Shown piece by piece: positions 27,236 to 35,225 of a DNA stretch of 64,000 nt (positions are counted from its first letter, which is position 1; each line of letters begins with the position of its first letter). The stretch is from Polyangia bacterium (lineage in GTDB: Bacteria; Myxococcota_A; Polyangia; JAAYKL01). The position numbers and the translations under genes are program-made. Under the pieces are notes generated by a model. The model was not told the DNA's origin. It did no database searches and saw only the letters and a program-made list of their open reading frames with translations. The stretch is taken from the NCBI GenBank assembly GCA_046484285.1, contig JAWOBP010000156.1, positions 2,518 through 66,517 on the forward strand. Reading direction: 5' to 3'.

Positions 27236-28516
27236 TCAGTGGGAGGGCTTGCAGACCGACCTGCGCTTTTCGATGTCGGCGCGGGTCACGCCCTGCAGGT
27301 CGCCTTCGAGCGCGTCCCGGTAATGCTGCTGCCCGAGGTCGTAGAGCCTCCGCTCGCAGGCGATGTCGCCCAGGATCACGTGCGCCAGGCTCAGATCGGG
27401 CTTCATCGAGATCGCCTGCTTGAGGTGGCTGCGCGCGCTGGTGTAGCGGCCCAGCCGGAAGTAGGTCTCGCCGGTGTGCAGGTAGACCTTGACCACGCCG
27501 GGCGCCACCGACTTGGCCTTGTCGAGCGCCTCCAGCGCCGCGTCCGAGTCGCCCGATGCGTACTCGATGTCGGCCAGCAACAGGTAGGCGTCGACCAGGT
27601 TCGGCACCTCCTCGATCGCTTTTTCCAGCGGCTCCCTGGCCTCCTCGGGCTTGTTCTGCCCGTAGAGGGCCTCGCCCAGGCCGAGGTAGGCCGTGCCGCG
27701 CTCCTGGTCTCCCTCCAGCGCGGCGCGGAAGGCCTGCTCGGCCGCGGCGAAGTCTCCGCCGGCCAGGTACGCCTCGCCCAGCGCGTGACGCGCCTCGATC
27801 CAGTCCGGGCGAATCGCCAGCGCGATCCCGAGCTGCTCGATCGCCTCGGGACCCTCGCCCAGCACGCGTCCCAGCTCGTAGTGCGCCCGGCAGGACGCCG
27901 GCTCGGTCTCCACCGCGTCGCGCAGCGCCGCGACCGCGCCCTGGTGATCTCCGCTCGCCTCGAGCGCGAGCCCCAGCCCGATCCGGGCCACGTGACCCGC
28001 GCCGGCCGAGATCGCCTCGCGGTAGGCGGCGATCGCCGTCTGGTTGTCGACTCGCCGGCGGTAGGCCTCGCCCATTCCGGTTTTGCCGCGCGCGACATCG
28101 CCCTTTTCGATCACTTTTTCGAATTCGTCGATCGCCCGGGCCGAGCGGTCGAAGGTCAACCACACCCAGCCGGAGCAAACCTGGCCGACGCTGCCGTCAC
28201 GGTTGCGCCGCTCCAATACCCGGCAGGCCCGCTTGGACTTCTCCAGCTTGCCCTTGGCCATCTGGATCTTGGCCAGACCGTAGCGGGCCTCGCCGAACCC
28301 CGCCTCCTCGTCGAGAGCGCGATCGTACAGCTCGCGGGCGCGATCGTGGTCCATCGCCTCCACGTAGAGATGGCCGAGATTCACCAGCTCGCCCGCGTCC
28401 ATGGTCGCCGAACGATCGTCTTTCCCCGCGAGGGGATTGCTCGACTGCTCGGCCAGCGCCCCGCCCGAGACGGTGGTCGCGGCCAGCACCAACAAGCCGA
28501 TCAGCACTTCGCGCAT
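27236..28516 (-). CDS. secreted TPR-repeat protein
   Basis: Start at MREVLIGLLVLAATTVSGGALA (aa 30 of ORF, signal peptide); multiple 34-aa TPR units (AxxxLGxAYxxxGDxxxA). Confidence 0.7.
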   Translation of the reverse strand: MREVLIGLLVLAATTVSGGALAEQSSNPLAGKDDRSATMDAGELVNLGHLYVEAMDHDRARELYDRALDEEAGFGEARYGLAKIQMAKGKLEKSKRACRVLERRNRDGSVGQVCSGWVWLTFDRSARAIDEFEKVIEKGDVARGKTGMGEAYRRRVDNQTAIAAYREAISAGAGHVARIGLGLALEASGDHQGAVAALRDAVETEPASCRAHYELGRVLGEGPEAIEQLGIALAIRPDWIEARHALGEAYLAGGDFAAAEQAFRAALEGDQERGTAYLGLGEALYGQNKPEEAREPLEKAIEEVPNLVDAYLLLADIEYASGDSDAALEALDKAKSVAPGVVKVYLHTGETYFRLGRYTSARSHLKQAISMKPDLSLAHVILGDIACERRLYDLGQQHYRDALEGDLQGVTRADIEKRRSVCKPSH

Positions 28517-28634
28517 CAGACTAGCTCCTTTGCACAGCAGGAAGTTCGCACGATAACACGTTTTTCCCCGCCGGTCTTCAACCCGACCTGTTCGACCTTG
28601 CAAGGACGATGATTGTTCAAATACGCAATCGCCT

Positions 28635-31600
28635 TTACGTCCCGCCGCCCAAAAGCAGGATGTGATCCACCTCGAAGCGCTCGCCGCCGGCCGAGACCAG
28701 CGAGATCGGCAGCGAGCCGGAGGGCCAGAGACCGGGCTCCAACGAAAAGCGGTATTCCCTCATTGCTCCGCTCAGCTCCGCGGTCGCTGCAAGGCGACCG
28801 TCGATCCGCACCTCGAGCTTTTCCGAGCTGGCGGGGTCATCCCCCAGGTGTCGCGCGCGAACCAACAGCAGGCCGCCTCGATCCGCCATCGCCTCGAAGC
28901 GCAGCTCTGCGCGCGATCCCGAACTGAGGCAGGTGGTGCGTCCCAGGTAGCCGCCGCGCCCCTCGCCGTCTGCGGTGCAGCGCGCCCAACCGGAAACCAG
29001 CGAGGGGGCGCCCCGCGCCAGGTCGGTGCCGAACAGCGGCGCGCGGCCCACCGCTCCAATTCGGACAAGGCTCTCCGCGGTGCACTCCAACTCGGGCTCC
29101 TCCACGAGCAGCCGCAGCAGGCGGGGCGCGGCCCACTCGATCCCGAGCCGTCCCAGCGACTGGACCGCGTAGCAGCGCGTGTCGGTGTGGTCGTCGCTGG
29201 CCAGCACGTCGAGCAGCACGGCGCCGGCCCGCGGATCGCCGAGCAGGCCCAGCGCCTTGACCGTCCGGTAGCGGGTGCGGTTGTCGTCCAGCAGGTCGAC
29301 CAGCGGCTCGAAGGCCCGCCTGTCACCGAGGCGGCCCAGGTGGCGAATCGCGGCGGTGCGCAGCTCGAGATCGCCGCGGTGCAGGGCCTCGATCAGGGCG
29401 GGGACCGCGGCCGTGTCGCCGAGGTTCGCCAGCGCCAGCGCCGCCCGATCCCGCCTGGACGTCTCCCGGGAGCCGAGCGCCTCGCGCAGCACGCGAGCCC
29501 CGCGCGAGCTGCCCAGCCGACCGAGCGCCACCGCGGCCGCCAGCGCCACGTCGCGATCCCCGTCGCCGAGCAGCTCTGCGATCTCACCTGTCTTCTTTCG
29601 CACGCCGATCTCGCCGACGAGCTCGAGCGCTTCGCAGCGATCCCGGCTTTGCGCCTCGACGTCGCGCGCCACGTCGAGCAGCGTCGGCACGGCCCGCGGA
29701 TCGCGCAGGCGGCCGAGACGGAGCGCCCGTCGCGTCCGGTCCGCGGCGGCGGCGATCCCGTCGATCCAGACGCGGATCTCGTCGAGCAGCTCGGCGCCGA
29801 CATCCGGCTCTCGGTCGTAGAGGTTGCGCTTCTCGCCCGGATCCGAGCCGAGGTCGTAGAGCTCGAAGAGGCGGCGGGAGGGATCCGATATCAGCTTCCA
29901 GGGCCAGCGCACGGCCATGTGCTGTCGCATCACCGAGGCGAAGACCGGGTGGGGCGTCCGGGGGCTCTGCCCGGAGAGCAGAAACGGACGCAGGTCGCGA
30001 CCCTCCATCCGGGCCGGGACATCGACGCCGACCAGGCGCAGCAGGGTGGGCGCCGTGTCCAGCGTCGAGACCGGCTGCTCCACGAAGCGGGGTTCGGCTC
30101 CGGGAACCCGGATGATCAGCGGCACGCGCACCTGCTCCTCGTAGAGCGAGGAACCGTGGTAATGCCCGCCGTGCTCGCCGAACTCCTCGCCGTGGTCGGC
30201 GGTCAGCACCACGACCGCGTCGCGCGCCAGCTCTTTTTCCACGTGGTCGAGCAAGCGGCCGGCCGCCGCGTCGGCCTCGAAGATCTCGCCTTCGTAGCGC
30301 TCCCGCGGCGAGGTGCCGAAACGCTCCGAGCGGTAGGGCTCGTGGACGTTGAAGAAGTGCACCCAGAGGAAGAAGGCCGGCTCGCCCTGCTCGATGTAGC
30401 TCTCGATCCTGGTGATCGCCAGATCGGCGAGCTTGTCCGGAGACGGAGATCCGTGGTGCACGGACTCGAATCCGAAGCTGCGATCGCGCAGCGAGCCCAC
30501 CCGATCGCCGTGGGTGTGGAAGATCCCGTTGGTGTAGAACGCCGAGCTCTCGTAGCCGGATTCTCCCAGCACGTCGGCCATGGTCGTGGTGCTCGATACG
30601 TCGAGCCCCATCGCCACCTCGTCGTAGAGGTAGCGGGAGGTGTGGAACGATGAGATCGAGTACGAGCTGTGAGGCACCGGGCAGTAGGCGCGCTCGAAGG
30701 CCGTGGCGCGGCTCGCCCACTCGTCGATTCGCGGCGAGGCGGGTCGCTCGTGGTAGCCGTAGACGCCCAGGCGGTCGGCGCGCAACGCGTCGATCGAGAT
30801 GATGATCAGGTGCGCGCCGGGGAAGGTCGGCCAGTCGCCGGAGGATATCACCTCCCGCTCGGCGCGCTCTCGCTCGTAGAGCCTCCGTCGCGCCGCGGTC
30901 GAGGGGCGGCTCTCGGCCGGGGATTTCCCGCTCGCGACAATGCTGGCGACGCGCAGCAGGCTCGAGGTGGTCGCCGTCCGCTCGTGCAGCGCCAGCTTGA
31001 CCGTCTGTCGTTCGTTGCTGGTCCACAGCGCCGCCGCCAGCAGCAGCAAAACCAACGCGGCGGTCCGCGCGGCGGCGATCGCCAGGCGCCCGGTTTCGAC
31101 GCGGCCCAGGCGCGAGATGGCGATTCGCGCTCCCAGCGCCAGCAACCCCAGCGAGCCCAGCGCCAGCGCAGCGTGCAGGTAGTCGTAGAGGCGGCGGTAG
31201 AGGTGTCCGTCACACCAGCGCGCGCCCAGCGCCAGCGCCACCAGCGCCAGCACTGCGGCCAGCCTGGCGCCGCGCGCCGCGTTCGGGCGGTCGAGCCTCG
31301 CGACCAGGGCCAGGACCACGCTCGCAGCGATCCATGTCAGCACCGCCAGGAGCAGCGCTGCCAGCGCGACCAGCAGCCAGCGCGCCGGCAGGCGGGAGGT
31401 CGTTCCACCCTGGAAGAGGCGCACTGCCACGTAGATGCAGGCGGGCAGCGCCAGCACCGTCAGCGCCCAGGACGAGCCGCGCGCGGGGCGGCGACTCCGC
31501 CGCCGCCAAAGCCGGGCGCCCGCCAGCGATCCGACCGACGCCACGAGCGCGATGCACAGGCCGATCGGAGCCAGCCGTCCGGCGGTCTGCAGCAGGAGCA

Positions 31601-31760
31601 ATGCTCGTTGGGCCGTTCCGGACAGATCCGACCAGCCCTGTACGGCATCCAGGGCGCCCGCGATCAGCCCCGCCGCCGCCCCGGAGACGACGGCCAGCGA
31701 CGGTCCGGCGAAGTCCGGGATCGCGGTCTCTGATCGGCCGGCTGCCAGTGAAAAGCTCAT
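28635..31760 (-). CDS. 1041-aa polytopic membrane protein: sulfatase-like (AP-superfamily) domain + HEAT (PBS-lyase-type) repeats + C-terminal beta-rich domain
   Basis: Start MSFSLAAGRSE (aa 45 of ORF 28635..31892; the ORF-track N-terminus overlaps tRNA-Cys); ~7 Ala/Leu-rich TM helices in the first 320 aa; HLIIISIDALRADRLGVYGY...CPVPHSS (non-canonical motif); GDTAAVPALIEAL/…LGRLGDRRAFEPLVDLLDD HEAT repeats. Confidence 0.7.
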   Translation of the reverse strand: MSFSLAAGRSETAIPDFAGPSLAVVSGAAAGLIAGALDAVQGWSDLSGTAQRALLLLQTAGRLAPIGLCIALVASVGSLAGARLWRRRSRRPARGSSWALTVLALPACIYVAVRLFQGGTTSRLPARWLLVALAALLLAVLTWIAASVVLALVARLDRPNAARGARLAAVLALVALALGARWCDGHLYRRLYDYLHAALALGSLGLLALGARIAISRLGRVETGRLAIAAARTAALVLLLLAAALWTSNERQTVKLALHERTATTSSLLRVASIVASGKSPAESRPSTAARRRLYERERAEREVISSGDWPTFPGAHLIIISIDALRADRLGVYGYHERPASPRIDEWASRATAFERAYCPVPHSSYSISSFHTSRYLYDEVAMGLDVSSTTTMADVLGESGYESSAFYTNGIFHTHGDRVGSLRDRSFGFESVHHGSPSPDKLADLAITRIESYIEQGEPAFFLWVHFFNVHEPYRSERFGTSPRERYEGEIFEADAAAGRLLDHVEKELARDAVVVLTADHGEEFGEHGGHYHGSSLYEEQVRVPLIIRVPGAEPRFVEQPVSTLDTAPTLLRLVGVDVPARMEGRDLRPFLLSGQSPRTPHPVFASVMRQHMAVRWPWKLISDPSRRLFELYDLGSDPGEKRNLYDREPDVGAELLDEIRVWIDGIAAAADRTRRALRLGRLRDPRAVPTLLDVARDVEAQSRDRCEALELVGEIGVRKKTGEIAELLGDGDRDVALAAAVALGRLGSSRGARVLREALGSRETSRRDRAALALANLGDTAAVPALIEALHRGDLELRTAAIRHLGRLGDRRAFEPLVDLLDDNRTRYRTVKALGLLGDPRAGAVLLDVLASDDHTDTRCYAVQSLGRLGIEWAAPRLLRLLVEEPELECTAESLVRIGAVGRAPLFGTDLARGAPSLVSGWARCTADGEGRGGYLGRTTCLSSGSRAELRFEAMADRGGLLLVRARHLGDDPASSEKLEVRIDGRLAATAELSGAMREYRFSLEPGLWPSGSLPISLVSAGGERFEVDHILLLGGGT

Positions 31761-31778
31761 GGGCAAGAAACGACTCTG

Positions 31779-31849
<71 letters not shown>

Positions 31850-31938
31850 CGAAACGAACGGGAATCCTAGTCGTGCCCGACCCCGTTGTCAATTGCGCGG
31901 ACCTTGGGCGAGTGGGCGAGAGGTCGTCCCGTCAGAAT

Positions 31939-31960
31939 CCGCCACGCGGTTTTTTGTTTT
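31939..31960 (+). terminator. weak hairpin + T-run (CCGC-cac-GCGG TTTTTTGTTTT), no upstream plus-strand gene
   Basis: Seen in sequence between tRNA-Cys and the lipoprotein gene; stem only 4 bp, so weak. Confidence 0.2.
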
Positions 31961-32023
31961 GCAGTATGATGATAGATGAAAAACAAAGGAAGAGACCGAA
32001 TCTTGCAACACGAGGAGGCCGAT

Positions 32024-33214
32024 ATGCGTACATGGTGGGCTATGACTGCAATCGCCGCGCTGCTCCTGGCAGCTTGCGGCGGAGATCCGCCGCCGTTCGA
32101 CGCAGACGCCGGTACGGACGCGGACAGCGACGCGGATTCCGACGCGGACTCCGACGCGGACTCCGACGCGGACTCCGACGCGGACTCCGACGCGGACTCC
32201 GACGCGGACTCCGACGCGGACTCCGACGCGGATTCCGACGCGGATTCCGACGCGGACTCCGACGCGGACTCCGACGCGGACTCCGACGCGGACGCGGATC
32301 AGTGCACCGGAGAGGAGCAGATCGAGCTGCTGGTCGCCGACGCGGAGATAACCGAGCCGATGGAGACCGCCGAGAGCCAGTCGGGCGAGGGCATCTACTG
32401 CCGCACCACGGTCTACGGCGAAGGTCTGGCCGAGTGGTCGGGAGTGCAGATTCCCTGCCAGGGTGACTGGTACGTGCTGGGCCGCGTCTTCGGACAGGCG
32501 CCGGTCGACTCGATGTACCTGACGGTCGAGGATTACGACGAGGTGGTCTGGGATTTCAGCCAGTGCGAGGGGACCCAGTACTGGGACTGGGACTTCGCCT
32601 CCTCCGGGCCGGACGTCGAGGAGTGCTCGGTCGGCGAGATCGAGGATCCGGTGTCGTTCTTCCTGGTGCCCGGGCCGATCGGCGTCGCTCTTCGCGGGCG
32701 CGAGATACCGTCCGAACAGGGATACTCGCCATCGGTGGCCCGCCTCTACCTGGTCACCGATCCCGAGATCGATCCGGACACGATCGGGCTGGGCCTGCTG
32801 GACATCACCGGCCCCGGCGCTGTTCCCGACAACCTGGTCGACATCTACCACCAGGTGGGCGACGTCGGCACGCCGCTCGACACGACGCTGGAGGCCTGGA
32901 TCCGCTGGTCCGGCTCGGTGAGCCCGGACAACGAGGAGGGCTGCGGGCCCTATCCCCCGGACGTGTTCACCGATGCGGTGGCTCTGATTCGCAGGGGCAC
33001 CTGCCAGTTCTCCGACAAGGTCGCCAATGCCGAAGCGGCCGGCGCGGTGGGAGCAGTCGTGCTCAACAATCAGGGCAACGAGATAGTCTACATGACGGGA
33101 GATCCCAACGGTATTCCGGCCACCTTCGTCGGCCAGGACGACGGGCAGGCGATCGTCGACTGGATCCTGGATCACCCCGGCCAGGCCACCGTCGCGATCC
33201 ACCCCATGCCCTGA
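32024..33214 (+). CDS. lipoprotein with (Asp-Ala-Asp-Ser)17 tether and C-terminal PA (protease-associated) domain
   Basis: Start [20 protein letters not shown] (aa 17 of ORF); 68-aa perfect DADS repeat; C-terminal [35 protein letters not shown]...[14 protein letters not shown] is a PA-domain signature. Confidence 0.7.
   Translation: MRTWWAMTAIAALLLAACGGDPPPFDADAGTDADSDADSDADSDADSDADSDADSDADSDADSDADSDADSDADSDADSDADSDADSDADADQCTGEEQIELLVADAEITEPMETAESQSGEGIYCRTTVYGEGLAEWSGVQIPCQGDWYVLGRVFGQAPVDSMYLTVEDYDEVVWDFSQCEGTQYWDWDFASSGPDVEECSVGEIEDPVSFFLVPGPIGVALRGREIPSEQGYSPSVARLYLVTDPEIDPDTIGLGLLDITGPGAVPDNLVDIYHQVGDVGTPLDTTLEAWIRWSGSVSPDNEEGCGPYPPDVFTDAVALIRRGTCQFSDKVANAEAAGAVGAVVLNNQGNEIVYMTGDPNGIPATFVGQDDGQAIVDWILDHPGQATVAIHPMP
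32117..32300 (+). repeat. near-perfect 12-bp tandem repeat (GCGGAYTCCGAC)~15 encoding (ADSD)n
   Basis: Seen directly: gcggactccgac repeated head-to-tail with only T/C wobble differences; likely prone to slipped-strand length change. Confidence 0.8.
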
Positions 33215-33223
33215 CGGTTTCGG

Positions 33224-34375
33224 CTACTCGCAGCTCGCGGGCCGGGGAAGCTCCGGCCAGCGGTCCAGGGCGCGCTCGAGCTCGCCGGCGCGATATCGAT
33301 ACGCCGCAGGCCAGTCGAAGCGTTCCAGCAGCAACCGCGCCGTCTCCAGGCGTCCCAGCCGCAGCTCGATCTCGACGAGTCGCAGCCTGGCCCGCGCCTC
33401 GGCGGGAGCCGCACCGGCCGCTTCCACGACCCGCTCGCGAGCCGGCCAGTCCCTCCCGGCTCGCTCCAGGCGGCAGGCGCGCCGCTCGGCCGCCGCGAGG
33501 TCGCCGGGAGGTGGCTCGGGCAGAGTGCGCAAGTGCCTCAGCGCGCGGTCCCAGCGCCCGTCTTCGATCAGCAGCTCGACCAGCTCCTCGCGCAGCTCCT
33601 CGAAGGACGCCCCCGGCTCGTACCCCTCGGCCAGCACGGCCTCGACGACCTCGCACGCCGCCACCGGGTCCGAGCTCTTCAGCGCCGCTTCGGCCAGTTC
33701 GGCCGCGCTCTCCCCGCGGGCCGGCTCCAGCGAGACGGCGATCCGCAAGTGCCGCACGGCCGCGGCCCAGTCGCCTTCCTGCAGCGCGATTCTCCCCAGC
33801 CCGCGGTGGGCCGCGCCACATGACGGATCCGCTGCGGCGGCGCGGCGATAGAGCTCGGCCGCGGCGCGACGCTCGCCGCGCTCCAGGTGGAGGCGGGCCA
33901 GCCACAGCTCGGCCTCGCGGCTGCCGGGCTCGACCCGCATCGCGCGCAACGCGGCCCGCTCTGCTTCCTCGACGTCTCCGCGCGCCAGCCGCAGCTCGGC
34001 CAGCGCGATCCAGGCGTACTCGGCGGCGGGCTCCGACTCGATCGCGGCGGCGATCTCCTCGCGCGCCTGCTCGTACCGCTCCAGCTCGATCAACGTCAGC
34101 GCCAGGTCGACGCGCAGGTGGAAGTCGTCCGGGTCGGCGCTCAGGGCCCGGCGGTAGTGGAGCGCTGCCTCCTCCAATTCTCCGTCGAGACGCAGCAGAT
34201 CGGCGCGCAGCTTGTGCTCGTAGGCGAGCGGAGAGCCGCTCGCGCCGCCGGGGCCCGAGGAGACGACCAGGCTGCGGCTGGACGTATCCGCGTCGAGCGC
34301 GGCGCCTCCGGCGCAGGCGGCGAAGGTCGCCGCCTGCAGAAGGCAAGCGGTGTTGGTGAAGAGCGCGGCGCGCAT
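33224..34375 (-). CDS. TPR-repeat lipoprotein
   Basis: Start MRAALFTNTACLLQAATFAACAGG (aa 98 of ORF 33224..34666); repeated TPR units (ALHYRRALSADPDD, EYAWIALAELRLARGD, ...). Confidence 0.65.
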   Translation of the reverse strand: MRAALFTNTACLLQAATFAACAGGAALDADTSSRSLVVSSGPGGASGSPLAYEHKLRADLLRLDGELEEAALHYRRALSADPDDFHLRVDLALTLIELERYEQAREEIAAAIESEPAAEYAWIALAELRLARGDVEEAERAALRAMRVEPGSREAELWLARLHLERGERRAAAELYRRAAAADPSCGAAHRGLGRIALQEGDWAAAVRHLRIAVSLEPARGESAAELAEAALKSSDPVAACEVVEAVLAEGYEPGASFEELREELVELLIEDGRWDRALRHLRTLPEPPPGDLAAAERRACRLERAGRDWPARERVVEAAGAAPAEARARLRLVEIELRLGRLETARLLLERFDWPAAYRYRAGELERALDRWPELPRPASCE

Positions 34376-34523
34376 CGCCGCCGGAGCATAGCAGATCTGG
34401 GGCAAAACAAGTATCGCAAGACGTCTCAATATATCACCGTCGCCACCGGTTTTCTTCCGGGTCGTTTCGTTGTAAAAAAAGCAGTCAATTTTCGAAACGA
34501 AGAAAAACGCGAGGTGAAGGGCG

Positions 34524-35078
34524 ATGACAGACGTCAACACGAAATGTCTCGATACATTTCCCGGATGGCTGCGATCACTCGACGAAGACGTGCAACTCGT
34601 GTTCCGCGCGATCGAGAACACCGAGCTGCCGGTCGAGGCGCGCAGGTTCCTGGTCGGGGGCATCAACTACCTGTTCAGGTCGCTGGACCTGATTCCGGAC
34701 GGCATCGACGACATCGGCTACCTGGACGACGCCTTCGTGCTGCGTCTCTCGGTCAAGTCGGCGCTCGAGGAGAATACGGACGCGCTCGACCCGGAGCTGA
34801 TGGCCAAGCTCGGCCAGCTGGCCAACGACGTGGATTTGATCGAGCAGCTATTGGAAAAGGACGTGTTCGACCGCCTGGACAAGTACACGCGCGACCTTCG
34901 CAAGGGAGCGGCCCGCGGTCGCACCGTGGACGAAATCGTGGAAGACGAAAACGTCTTCAAGGAGTTCGTTTCCGAGGTCGGCAGCTTCGTCAAGGGCTAC
35001 ACCTCGCCCGGCTTCGCCAAGGATCAGAAGAACCTGATCAAGCTCGAGGCGTTTTTGGAAGCCAAGCTCCCCAAGTAG
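34524..35078 (+). CDS. DUF1232 (YkvA-like) family protein
   Basis: DLIPDGIDDIGYLDDAFVL is the signature motif of DUF1232. Confidence 0.65.
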   Translation: MTDVNTKCLDTFPGWLRSLDEDVQLVFRAIENTELPVEARRFLVGGINYLFRSLDLIPDGIDDIGYLDDAFVLRLSVKSALEENTDALDPELMAKLGQLANDVDLIEQLLEKDVFDRLDKYTRDLRKGAARGRTVDEIVEDENVFKEFVSEVGSFVKGYTSPGFAKDQKNLIKLEAFLEAKLPK

Positions 35079-35225
35079 TGACGCGCGGCAGGCGCGACAC
35101 GCATCGGTCCCCGGCTCGCGATTCGGCTCGCGCGGGGCCGTAGAGAACGAAGCTACTCTGTTGCCGTCCAGGGCGAAGGTCCGCTGATCGGGCAGGGTTG
35201 TCCGAGAAACGAAAGGAGCACTGAG

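Noticed and set aside
32117-32300. Regular short tandem repeats as a possible CRISPR array
   Set aside because: Units are 12 bp with no spacers, lie inside a coding frame (encode ADSD), and no cas genes are present.
31889-33202. Minus-strand ORF with (VGVRVG)n repeats
   Set aside because: Antisense translation of the (DADS)n tandem repeat of the PA-domain lipoprotein gene.
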